Assembly (NCBI GenBank): GCA_038883655.1
Contig: JAVZLQ010000003.1
Location: forward strand, 1 to 64,000
Direction: 5' to 3'
Length of the DNA: 64,000 bases
Source: Candidatus Bathyarchaeia archaeon
Lineage (GTDB): Archaea; Thermoproteota; Bathyarchaeia; Bathyarchaeales; Bathycorpusculaceae
Shown here: piece by piece, positions 40,054-48,369 of the stretch
How positions within the stretch are numbered: the first letter of the stretch is position 1
Layout of the letters: every line of letters starts with the position of its first letter
Notes under the pieces: model-generated
What the model saw: only the letters and a program-made list of their open reading frames with translations
Told to the model about the DNA's origin: nothing
Database searches by the model: none
Program-made: the position numbers and the translations under genes

Positions 40054-40812
40054 ATGATTGTTGAAGTTAGAAAGGCTGTTTTGCTTTTCTTAACACTCTT
40101 TGTAGCATGGCACGTTCTTTACTGTTTTACATTGGTTTCTCCGCTTAGCGACTATTGGCTGCTTGCCTACATTATCGTCTTTGTTGTTGAAGTCTGCTTC
40201 TTTATCCTCAACAGACAAAAGGCAAGCGATTTAGGATTTACAAAAACCAAAGCTTATAAAAAATGCGTAGCTGTTGGCTTAATGTTTGCAGTTTTCTACA
40301 ATTTGTACTTGATTGTAATTGGCACCGCAATGTTTTCTCTTGAACAGCCATTAACTATGCGGTATGAGTTGTTCACTATTTTCTACAATGCCTTTTTGGC
40401 TTTAACTATAGGCGTTGTTGAAGAGAGCGCTTTTAGGGGGTACATTTTAAGAAATCTTGCCAAGGCGTATTCCAACGATAAAGCGATTGCGTATTCCTCC
40501 TTACTATTCGGAATTTATCATCTTTCATTTGTTTACATATTTACATCGCCTATGTCAATAGATGCTTTGTTTTTCTGGGCGGTTTTTGTGCTTTTTGCCT
40601 TTTTCAGCGGGCTTTTCCTCGGATACTTTTATGTAAACTCGGATAAAACGACTGTCGGAACTATAGCATACCATTCAGCAACGATTTTTATCGGTAGCTC
40701 AATATCCTTCAACATTGCAGCGCCCCAAATTTATCAGTACATTTTAAGTATAACCTTCTACATCATCGCGATTCTGGTGCTGATTCTTTTCAAAAGGAAA
40801 CGTTGGCTGTAA
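40054..40812 (+). CDS. CPBP/CAAX-like intramembrane metalloprotease
   Basis: EE..FRG, FG.YH, H motif in TM context. Confidence 0.85.
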   Translation: MIVEVRKAVLLFLTLFVAWHVLYCFTLVSPLSDYWLLAYIIVFVVEVCFFILNRQKASDLGFTKTKAYKKCVAVGLMFAVFYNLYLIVIGTAMFSLEQPLTMRYELFTIFYNAFLALTIGVVEESAFRGYILRNLAKAYSNDKAIAYSSLLFGIYHLSFVYIFTSPMSIDALFFWAVFVLFAFFSGLFLGYFYVNSDKTTVGTIAYHSATIFIGSSISFNIAAPQIYQYILSITFYIIAILVLILFKRKRWL

Positions 40813-40881
40813 GCAGTGAATTTGAAGAATTAAAAAATGTTAAAAGAAGCATTTTTACATTATTCCTTGAGGCGGTGGGTA

Positions 40882-43272
40882 GTGAAACTCACTTTTTGGC
40901 TTTTGGACATAAACTACGAAGTTAAAAATGACGTACCTGAAGTTTGGCTTTGGGGAATCAGTGCTTTTGGCGAACGCGTGCTGCTAATTGATAGGAATTT
41001 TGTTGGCTATTTTTATGCTGTGGTTGAGGAGAATGTTGATCCGAAGGTTGTTGTGAAAGAAATTGACAAGAAGCGTTTTCCGTTAGTCGCTAATTTGGAG
41101 GTTGTTGAGCGGAGGTTTTTCGGCAAGCCTGTGAAAGCTTTGAAGGTTTATTGCGCAAATCCTGATGTTATACCAAAGTATGCTCGTGAGATTCGAAAGC
41201 TCGAAGGCGTAAAGGATTGCCTCGAAGATGATATTCGTTTTTCCATGCGCTATTTGATTGATAATGGCGTTGTTCCGTGTGGCTGGCACGAGGTTGAAGC
41301 TGTTGCGATAGAAAACACTTTAGGCGTTAAAGTTGACAAGGTTTACTTGGTTGAGTCAACGCCTAAATTTGTTGAGAAAGCCGACATTCCAGAATTGAAA
41401 ATTTTTGGTTTTTCGACAATATGTTATAGCCGAGAGGGGTCGCCGAAACCCGACAGAAACCCGGTTGTAATAATTTCAACTGCAACAAACACTGGTGAAG
41501 AAAGGCAATTCTTGGCTGATGAAAACAAGAATGATAAGCCAGTTCTTGAAGCCTTTGTGAATTATGTTAAAGTGTTCGACCCGGACATAATTGTTGGTTA
41601 TGGCGTGAACAGCATCGATTGGCAGTACCTTAATGAGCGTTGTAAGAGACTTGGTTTGAGACTTCAAGTGGATAGGGTTAGCACTGAACCGCACACAAGC
41701 GTTTATGGTCATGTTTCAATTACTGGAAGAGCCAACATAGACCTTTTTGATTTTGCGGATGAATTTCCAGAGGTTAAGGTTAAGACGCTTGAGAATCTAG
41801 CCGACTATCTGGGTGTCATGAAAATTGAGGAGCGCACCTTAATAGAGGATGTTGATTTTGCCGACTACTGGGACGACAAGACTAAGCGTGAAGCTTTAAA
41901 GCGGTTCTCTATGGAAAACACCCGCTGCATAATGGGCATAGCCAAAGCAATTTTGGATTTCGCCATGCAACTTTCAAACCTTGTGAGCTTGCCTTTAGAC
42001 CATGTTGGAACAGCAGCCGTGGGCTTTAGGGTTGAATGGTTCTTGATTAAGCATGCGCATAAAATAGGCGAACTCGTGCCTAAAAGGGTTGAGCAGCCAT
42101 ACCGCCCGTATGCTGGTGCGATTGTGCTTAAGCCAGAATCTGGGCTTCATGAGAACATTGCGGTTTTAGACTTCAAGAGCATGTATCCAAACCTTATGAT
42201 AGCCTATAACCTTTCGCCAGACACTTATGTGGCTCCCAAAGAGCCGGTGCCGCCATGTGGTGTTTATGAAGCTCCAGAAGTTAAGCATAGGTTCCGTAAA
42301 GAGCCTCCTGGCTTTTATAAGGAGGTGCTTTCGCGTCTCATCAGCGTTAGGGACGAGATACGCGCTAAAATGAAGGCTGCGTCTCCAGAAAGTGTTGAAT
42401 ACCGCGTTTTGGATGCACGTCAAAAAGCTGTAAAAGTTATTACTAACGCTTCTTATGGTTATGCTGGCTGGATAGGCGCAAGATGGTACATTAAGCCTGT
42501 CGCTGAGGCGGCCACGGCTTGGGGTAGGCACACGATTTTGCGTGCTATAGAAATTGCTAAAAAGTTGGGCTTGAAGGTTGTTTATGGGGACACGGACAGC
42601 ATTTTTGTGCGGCACGAAGTGGATAAAATTGAAAAGTTTTCAAGGGCAATCGAGGAAGAGATAGGTTTAGAAATTAAGCCAGACAAGGTTTATGTGCGGA
42701 TTTTCTTCACAGAAGCAAAAAAGCGCTACGCAGGGCTCTTGCCAGACGGAAAACTTGACATTGTGGGTTTGGAGGTTATTCGCGGAGACTGGGCTGCCAT
42801 AGCCAAAAAGGTGCAGGAAAAAGTCCTAGAAATAATATTAAAAGAGCAGTCGCCAAAGAAGGCTGCGGATTTTGTTCGCCAGTGCATTTATGAGCTTAGG
42901 CAAAGGCGCGTACTCTACCGCGATTTAATAATATGGAAAACACTAACAAAACCTGTTGAAGAATATGAAGTTAAGGCTTCGCATGTTGAAGCTGCAAAGA
43001 TGCTCATGGAGAAGGGTTGGAAACTAACCGTGGGCGACAAGGTTGGCTATGTGGCTGTTGTTGGCTCTGGAAGATTGTATGAGAGAGTTAAACCATACAT
43101 GTTCGCTACGTATGATGAAATTGATACAGAATATTACATTTCGAAGCAGATTGTTCCAGCAGCAGCCAGAGTCCTCGAAAACTTTGGAATAACAGAGGAG
43201 CAGCTGCTCACTTTTAGGGCTGAAGAAAAAGAGCGTGAAACACGAAAACTCACGGACTTTTTTGGAAGTTAG
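40882..43272 (+). CDS. polB: Family B DNA polymerase (B3-like), exonuclease motifs degenerate
   Basis: DFKSMYP, KVITNASYGY, YGDTDS, KKRY intact; ExoI and ExoIII acidic residues missing. Confidence 0.93.
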   Translation: MKLTFWLLDINYEVKNDVPEVWLWGISAFGERVLLIDRNFVGYFYAVVEENVDPKVVVKEIDKKRFPLVANLEVVERRFFGKPVKALKVYCANPDVIPKYAREIRKLEGVKDCLEDDIRFSMRYLIDNGVVPCGWHEVEAVAIENTLGVKVDKVYLVESTPKFVEKADIPELKIFGFSTICYSREGSPKPDRNPVVIISTATNTGEERQFLADENKNDKPVLEAFVNYVKVFDPDIIVGYGVNSIDWQYLNERCKRLGLRLQVDRVSTEPHTSVYGHVSITGRANIDLFDFADEFPEVKVKTLENLADYLGVMKIEERTLIEDVDFADYWDDKTKREALKRFSMENTRCIMGIAKAILDFAMQLSNLVSLPLDHVGTAAVGFRVEWFLIKHAHKIGELVPKRVEQPYRPYAGAIVLKPESGLHENIAVLDFKSMYPNLMIAYNLSPDTYVAPKEPVPPCGVYEAPEVKHRFRKEPPGFYKEVLSRLISVRDEIRAKMKAASPESVEYRVLDARQKAVKVITNASYGYAGWIGARWYIKPVAEAATAWGRHTILRAIEIAKKLGLKVVYGDTDSIFVRHEVDKIEKFSRAIEEEIGLEIKPDKVYVRIFFTEAKKRYAGLLPDGKLDIVGLEVIRGDWAAIAKKVQEKVLEIILKEQSPKKAADFVRQCIYELRQRRVLYRDLIIWKTLTKPVEEYEVKASHVEAAKMLMEKGWKLTVGDKVGYVAVVGSGRLYERVKPYMFATYDEIDTEYYISKQIVPAAARVLENFGITEEQLLTFRAEEKERETRKLTDFFGS

Positions 43273-44423
43273 GTTTCAGAAATATCCGAGAAGGTTAGTA
43301 GTTGTACGTTTAATGGTGGTTTTACGGCCTCTGATATTCGCGAGGCTATTATGTTTTTTATGCCCTTTTCGCCAGCTAAATCCACGATTCGCTGTGTTAT
43401 TATGCCGTCAAAAACAACCGTGTCAACACCCTCTACTTGTTGAAGTTTTTCGGCTAATTGGCTTACTGGTAAGCGTTCTATCTGCTCAAGCTTCTCGTTC
43501 AGCAGCACAGCCTCTAAAGTGCCTTCTAAACTTTTGATTATTTGGACTATGCCGCTCGGCACTTCAACCCTTAGTTTTTCACGTTTAGGGGGCTTTGTCA
43601 GTTCGTCAACTGGAACTTTAGCCTCTAACGCTTCAAAAATTTCCTTGCAGTTTAACTCTTCAACTTCTTTTCCTCGCGGCGCCCTAGCCACATATTTTAT
43701 GTTTGTAACTTGTAAAAGCTCTTTTAGTATTAGGTCTCCGCCTCTGTCTCCGTCTAAGAAAGCCGTTATCTCCTTCTCTTTTGAAAGCCTCTTTATTGTT
43801 TCTGGAACTTTCGCGCCTTCCATGGCTATAACGTTCAACAAACCGCAACGCATCAGGTTTATGACGTCTGCTCTTCCCTCAACCAAAATTAGCTCTTTCG
43901 CGCTGCTTACCTCTGGTCCTGCTGAAAGCTCTTCTGGTCCATACTTCTCAACTTTTGCAACTTTTAGGGTTTCAGCCAACTCCTTGAAAACCTCATCTAC
44001 GGAGGGCATTGCCTCAATAGTCCATTTGTGCAGAATCTCCTTCGCCCTGTCAATAATCATCTTCCTCCTCGCTTCTCTCACGTCCTCAATTTTTTCTAGA
44101 GTTACCTTCGCGGCGCATGGTCCAACGCGGTTTATGCTTTCTATGCTTGCTGCGAGTAGGGCTGTTGAGACCCTGTCTAGGCTTGTTGGAATTGTTATGG
44201 TGCCAGTTGTCCTATCGTTTTTTGAGTGTAGGTCGATTTCTATCCTTCCGATTCTTCCAGACTTTTGCAACTCCCTTAGGTCTAGTTCTGGTCCGAAAAG
44301 TCCTTCTGTTTGCCCGAAAACTGCACCTATAACGTCTGGTTTTTCAACTACTCCTTCTATTTCGAATTTTGCGTGTATGACATACTTTATGGTAAACGTT
44401 TGTGATGAACCCGTAAGCGTCAC
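43269..44423 (-). CDS. dnaG: Archaeal DnaG (TOPRIM)
   Basis: VEKPDVIGAVFGQTEGL, VEGRADV, DGDRGG. Confidence 0.95.
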   Translation of the reverse strand: MTLTGSSQTFTIKYVIHAKFEIEGVVEKPDVIGAVFGQTEGLFGPELDLRELQKSGRIGRIEIDLHSKNDRTTGTITIPTSLDRVSTALLAASIESINRVGPCAAKVTLEKIEDVREARRKMIIDRAKEILHKWTIEAMPSVDEVFKELAETLKVAKVEKYGPEELSAGPEVSSAKELILVEGRADVINLMRCGLLNVIAMEGAKVPETIKRLSKEKEITAFLDGDRGGDLILKELLQVTNIKYVARAPRGKEVEELNCKEIFEALEAKVPVDELTKPPKREKLRVEVPSGIVQIIKSLEGTLEAVLLNEKLEQIERLPVSQLAEKLQQVEGVDTVVFDGIITQRIVDLAGEKGIKNIIASRISEAVKPPLNVQLLTFSDISET

Positions 44424-44523
44424 CTCCGACCGGGTTATGTCCTGCTTTTGTTAAGCTTTAACCATGTAATGAGAGAATTGAACTCTCATCTCACAGATTA
44501 GTTAACTCTGCTATATATTACAT

Positions 44524-44937
44524 TTATGAATTGTAAATCTTGCTCTTTAATGTTTCCATGTAAGCGGCTAATCCCTCAACATCCTTCACTTCTCTGCCTA
44601 TGAGGTTAAAGAGTGCAAGCCAAAACGTAACGTTAAGTTTTATCCTTGCCTTCTCAAGATGCTGCTTCAAGTTTTTCATTAACTCTTTCCCTCGCCTATC
44701 AAAATCTAATAGCAAAATGACCTCTTTTGCGCCTGTCTCCTCAAGTTCAGCAACCAGTTCAAGAAGAGTTTTGCCCGCTTTTGCCGTTATGATTTTTCCC
44801 TCAACTGCCAGCTTTTTTAGGGCTTCTACGTCCCTTTTCCCCTCAACAATTATTGGTTTGCCCTTTGCCGCTTCCTCGTTTATCTGTTCCAAAATTTGTA
44901 GGATTTTTTCCTCTTTCTCTTTTAGGCGTGTGAACAA
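44524..44937 (-). CDS. Small TOPRIM-domain protein
   Basis: VEGKRD, DFDRRG, KDVEGL. Confidence 0.85.
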   Translation of the reverse strand: MFTRLKEKEEKILQILEQINEEAAKGKPIIVEGKRDVEALKKLAVEGKIITAKAGKTLLELVAELEETGAKEVILLLDFDRRGKELMKNLKQHLEKARIKLNVTFWLALFNLIGREVKDVEGLAAYMETLKSKIYNS

Positions 44938-44942
44938 AGCTT

Positions 44943-46019
44943 TTACCTTGTTATTTCAGCTTTCTTCACAACTTCTAGGCATTCCTTTGCCTCCTTGTCC
45001 GTTTCAAAGTATCTCCTGATTGGTTCCAAAATTTTTGCTAACTCCTTTGCTACTGCATTTTTGAGATCTTGCGGGTGAACCTCGCCTTTTCCATAAGCCC
45101 TTTCCAATTCCTCATAGCTTTGAAACTCGATTGTGCCGCCGAATTTTGCTGGGCGCTCTATACGGAATGTTTTGTTTTCATGGAATATGACGTATTTGAC
45201 TATTTCAAGGATAGGGTTCATTTCCATAATCCTTTCTGGACACCATGCCTTGCGTAGTTTTTCTCTTATCTGCTCTTCTGTGTCGTGAATGAATATGGCT
45301 GTCCAAGGCTTCGACTTGCTCATTTTGCTCGCGATAACTTGTTCAAGCTTGTCCTTCGTTTTAAGCTCTATCGGCTTAGCTATCCCCATTAACAAGTGGT
45401 GGTGAACCGCAACTGGCTTTTTCCATCCCATTTTTGGGAAGATTTCCCTTGCCAAAACATGGGCTTTTCTCTGGTCCATTCCGCCGTGCGGAATGTCTGC
45501 ACCTATTTCTTTTATATCCACTGCCTGCATCGGCGGGTAAAAATACTGCGCTAAGTCGAGTTTTTCATGTTCGCTTCTCCCCATTATCGTCATGCATCTT
45601 AAGCTCCGCGCTATCGTCATGTGCTTGGAGAATTTGATGACATTCCGCCAGTAATCAAGATTTTTGCTGTACAATTCCGAGCCCGTGACAATTTTAACTC
45701 CTGGACAGAAGAATTTGAAGGCTTTCTCATAGTATTTTGCTGCTTTTAGGATTTTTTCCCAGTCTCCGCCAAACTTGTCGTTTATGAAGCTGTGCCAATC
45801 CGCCAAATACGCTTGGCATCTTATCCCAGCCTTCATGAAATCATTTATTTTAAAGCCTGAAATCACCAAGTTTCCAAGATGCAGTAAACCCGAAATCTCA
45901 AAGCCTATGTAGTGTCCAGGATGCTCATTGGTCTCGAAAAGTTCCCTTAACTCTTCTTCAACTAGGATTTCTTCTGTCGGCGGCTTCTTAACCAAATCAA
46001 TCTTCGTTTCTATATCCAA
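44943..46019 (-). CDS. tyrS: Tyrosyl-tRNA synthetase
   Basis: YIGFEISGLLHLG, YPPMQAVD, GGMDQRK, KMSKS. Confidence 0.95.
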   Translation of the reverse strand: MDIETKIDLVKKPPTEEILVEEELRELFETNEHPGHYIGFEISGLLHLGNLVISGFKINDFMKAGIRCQAYLADWHSFINDKFGGDWEKILKAAKYYEKAFKFFCPGVKIVTGSELYSKNLDYWRNVIKFSKHMTIARSLRCMTIMGRSEHEKLDLAQYFYPPMQAVDIKEIGADIPHGGMDQRKAHVLAREIFPKMGWKKPVAVHHHLLMGIAKPIELKTKDKLEQVIASKMSKSKPWTAIFIHDTEEQIREKLRKAWCPERIMEMNPILEIVKYVIFHENKTFRIERPAKFGGTIEFQSYEELERAYGKGEVHPQDLKNAVAKELAKILEPIRRYFETDKEAKECLEVVKKAEITR

Positions 46020-46065
46020 GCCTTATCAAGCCTTCTACATCCCTAATGCAGAAGCCAAACTTAAA

Positions 46066-46288
46066 AGTTGTTTCGCGGGCGTTTGTTTCCCACGATACCT
46101 ATCACTTAACTTCATTGTGGAGCAGTTCGCTCCCCTTGGTTAAGCTCTCTCTGGCGTGGGATTTTTTGCGCCCGCGCCCACCGTGTCCCATGCTTGGGTA
46201 AACCCGCCTTCAATGGCTTTTCGCCTCTGTTGGGTCCGTCTGCATGGATTTGCCGGTGGGATTGAGAAGGCTCAAGAGGTCATTGCCA
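46066..46288 (-). ncRNA. Structured RNA: 5' K-loop plus two H/ACA-like hairpins
   Basis: Nested perfect stems, K-turn motifs, ACA triplets 3' of the lower stems, TATA-like TTTAATTT ~25 nt upstream. Confidence 0.65.
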
Positions 46289-46389
46289 AAATAATCTTTC
46301 GCTATTTGCTAAATTAAACGTTGCTGTTTCCTCTGGTGCTAGTCATATTTGGCAGTTTTTGTTGTGAATTTAGGACTAGCTTTCAGTTT

Positions 46390-46412
46390 ATTTTCCCTAC
46401 CCTACTCTCTAG
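46390..46412 (-). repeat. Dispersed purine-rich motif, copy 3 (divergent)
   Basis: Reverse complement CTAGAGAGTAGGGTAGGGAAAAT. Confidence 0.4.
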
Positions 46413-46624
46413 AATTTTCGCTGGACGTCAATTTTGTTGCTAGTGGTAAACTGCAAAATTGATACCTCTCTCTAGAAAATTTTGGACAACATGTTATACT
46501 AGGGTCCTAAGAAGCTTGATGACGAGTGCCAGTTTCACAATGTCCTTTTAACAATGACTAATAGAAGCGGTATTTTATTTCGTGCAGTCGGACGCGTTTG
46601 GATAGTTTGAAGGAGAAATTTATT

Positions 46625-47020
46625 TTAGCTTTTTTCTTCTGTTATTAGTGTGGCGTTTATTATGCCGTTTTGTCCTGGACGGGAGCTGACGCGTGCGAGT
46701 CCCAGCGTGGTTTCTATTATTGCGCCTTTTGTTATTACGCCTCTTCTGTCGTAATCCACGTTTGATGGGTTTCGGACAACGCGTAAAATTTCGGTTTTTT
46801 CGGTTTTTCCAGTTTTCGGGTCTGTTACACAAGCGTATTTGTCACTTAAAACCTTAATTTTGACTGTACTTCCTCTTCCTCTTTCAATTTTCTTTTTAGG
46901 TTCGCCTAGCAACGTTTCCGCTGGAAAGCGTCCTTGCTCAAATTTTCTTTTTCCTCTGTAAGCGCGTTTTCTGCCTCCGCTGGGTTTTTTCTTGTGGAGG
47001 TCGCCGTGCCAGACAGACAT
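46625..47020 (-). CDS. rps8e: 30S ribosomal protein S8e
   Basis: KPSGG, KRKFEQGR, ITKGAII, SRPGQ.G. Confidence 0.95.
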   Translation of the reverse strand: MSVWHGDLHKKKPSGGRKRAYRGKRKFEQGRFPAETLLGEPKKKIERGRGSTVKIKVLSDKYACVTDPKTGKTEKTEILRVVRNPSNVDYDRRGVITKGAIIETTLGLARVSSRPGQNGIINATLITEEKS

Positions 47021-47078
47021 TGTTTTCGCCTTCTAAACAGATTGGTGTTCTCTATCACCGTTTTCTTGTAATATAAAT

Positions 47079-47708
47079 CTATCCGTTGGAAATTGCGCTC
47101 TTCTCTTGCTTTGGAAAGTCTTCGAAAACGTTTTTTAGCTCCTTCTTCATTGTTTGGATGTCGTGGCTTAAGCCAAAATAATCCGCAAAATAATCCGTTG
47201 TCCTAAGCAACGTTACGCGTCCTTTTCGCTCCGCGCTTATTAGGTTCATCTCCTTAAGCAGTTTTATGTGGCTGTAAACGTGGCGCCCACGAACCTCGAT
47301 AACCCTCTTTTGCGATATGGGTTGTTTGTAGGCTATGTATGAAAGCGTCTTTAAGGGACCAGTGGAAAGCAGCGGTCTGTTTACAAGTTTCCGCACGTGT
47401 GGCGTGTATTCCGCTTTTAGTTGGAGAACAAACCTTTCGTCTTTCAATTCCAAAATTTCAAGTGCAGTATTCCTTTTGGCGTACTCTTGCATAAGCATCC
47501 TCGCAAGTTTGCGTGTCTTATTTTTAGAGCGAGTCTTCAAAACAGAACATAACTCGTTCAAGTCTAATGGGCGACCAGAAACGTATAGGGCAGCCTCTAC
47601 CAAGGCTAGGTCATGCTTCAGTTTCTCTTCTGCCTGCGTTTTCTGCAAAGCTTCGTCTGAATTAAGCGTTTGCTGTTTCGTTTCCTGCAATGTTATTGAA
47701 CTCTCCAA
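47079..47708 (-). CDS. scpB: Segregation/condensation protein ScpB
   Basis: VEAALY, TLSYIAYKQP, TT.YF..YFGL. Confidence 0.9.
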   Translation of the reverse strand: MESSITLQETKQQTLNSDEALQKTQAEEKLKHDLALVEAALYVSGRPLDLNELCSVLKTRSKNKTRKLARMLMQEYAKRNTALEILELKDERFVLQLKAEYTPHVRKLVNRPLLSTGPLKTLSYIAYKQPISQKRVIEVRGRHVYSHIKLLKEMNLISAERKGRVTLLRTTDYFADYFGLSHDIQTMKKELKNVFEDFPKQEKSAISNG

Positions 47709-48369
47709 CGGTTATGTATATTTCTTCAGTTTCCTCATCTTGCCAGAGGTTTACCTTTCCATCTTGTGCCAGAAACAATAATAGGATGAATTTGCGAATT
47801 GCTTCGAGTCTTCCAACACCCTTAATCAACGTGGAGAATTGGATTATCCCGCCGCCCCTAACCATCTCCAAAAGCGTGTTGTAAAGCTCTTCCATTTGAA
47901 ACTCAATTTCCATCAAATAAACTTCAAACTGTGGAAGAATATCAGATGGTGTTGGAAGAATTGGTTGAACGTCACCTCTTTCTAGCGGAACAAGTTTCTC
48001 ACTTTTTAAGACGTCGTCTAGGACCTCCAGTAGGTGCTTTATTGTCGTTGAAGTCAACTCATGCCTAAGCGGCAAAAACAAGGGCGGAGGCAAGAAATCT
48101 TGTGGTGGTTTTGGCGGTGGCGGAGGCTCTTCAAGCTTTAGCAGAAGTTTTGATTTCATGAGGTATATGAAGGCGGATGAGTCGAGGGCTACACCTGAAG
48201 CCCTAAAATCAATGTATCCAGCCTTTTCCATTTCTTCAAGAAAGCTTGTCAGTAAATATGCTATGTTAATGTTCCATGGAGTAAGCTTCTCAAGCTTGTG
48301 GAACTCGAAGAGGATGTTCCATGGCGGTCTCATGTAAAAGGGCTTTTTGATTATGGTGATTTCGCTCAC
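47662..48369 (-). CDS. scpA: Kleisin ScpA
   Basis: PWNINI, KS..LL, C-terminal F..LLFL...GKV.L.Q. Confidence 0.88.
   Translation of the reverse strand: MSEITIIKKPFYMRPPWNILFEFHKLEKLTPWNINIAYLLTSFLEEMEKAGYIDFRASGVALDSSAFIYLMKSKLLLKLEEPPPPPKPPQDFLPPPLFLPLRHELTSTTIKHLLEVLDDVLKSEKLVPLERGDVQPILPTPSDILPQFEVYLMEIEFQMEELYNTLLEMVRGGGIIQFSTLIKGVGRLEAIRKFILLLFLAQDGKVNLWQDEETEEIYITVGEFNNIAGNETANA

Noticed and set aside
43519-44454. 311-aa + strand ORF
   Set aside because: Antisense shadow of dnaG; Ser-rich with no motifs. The same applies to most other overlapping ORFs in the track.
46066-46288. SRP (7S) RNA
   Set aside because: No helix-8 CAGG-CCGGAAGG-GAGCA motif, no Alu domain, no long 5'/3' closing helix; too short.
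46020-46288. T-box-like riboswitch upstream of tyrS
   Set aside because: K-turn and a UAC triplet are present, but there is no UGGNACC antiterminator bulge, and tyrS has its own TATA-like CTTTTAAG at ~46060-46067.
46515-46560. C/D box sRNA starting TTGATGA
   Set aside because: No CTGA D box at a suitable distance.
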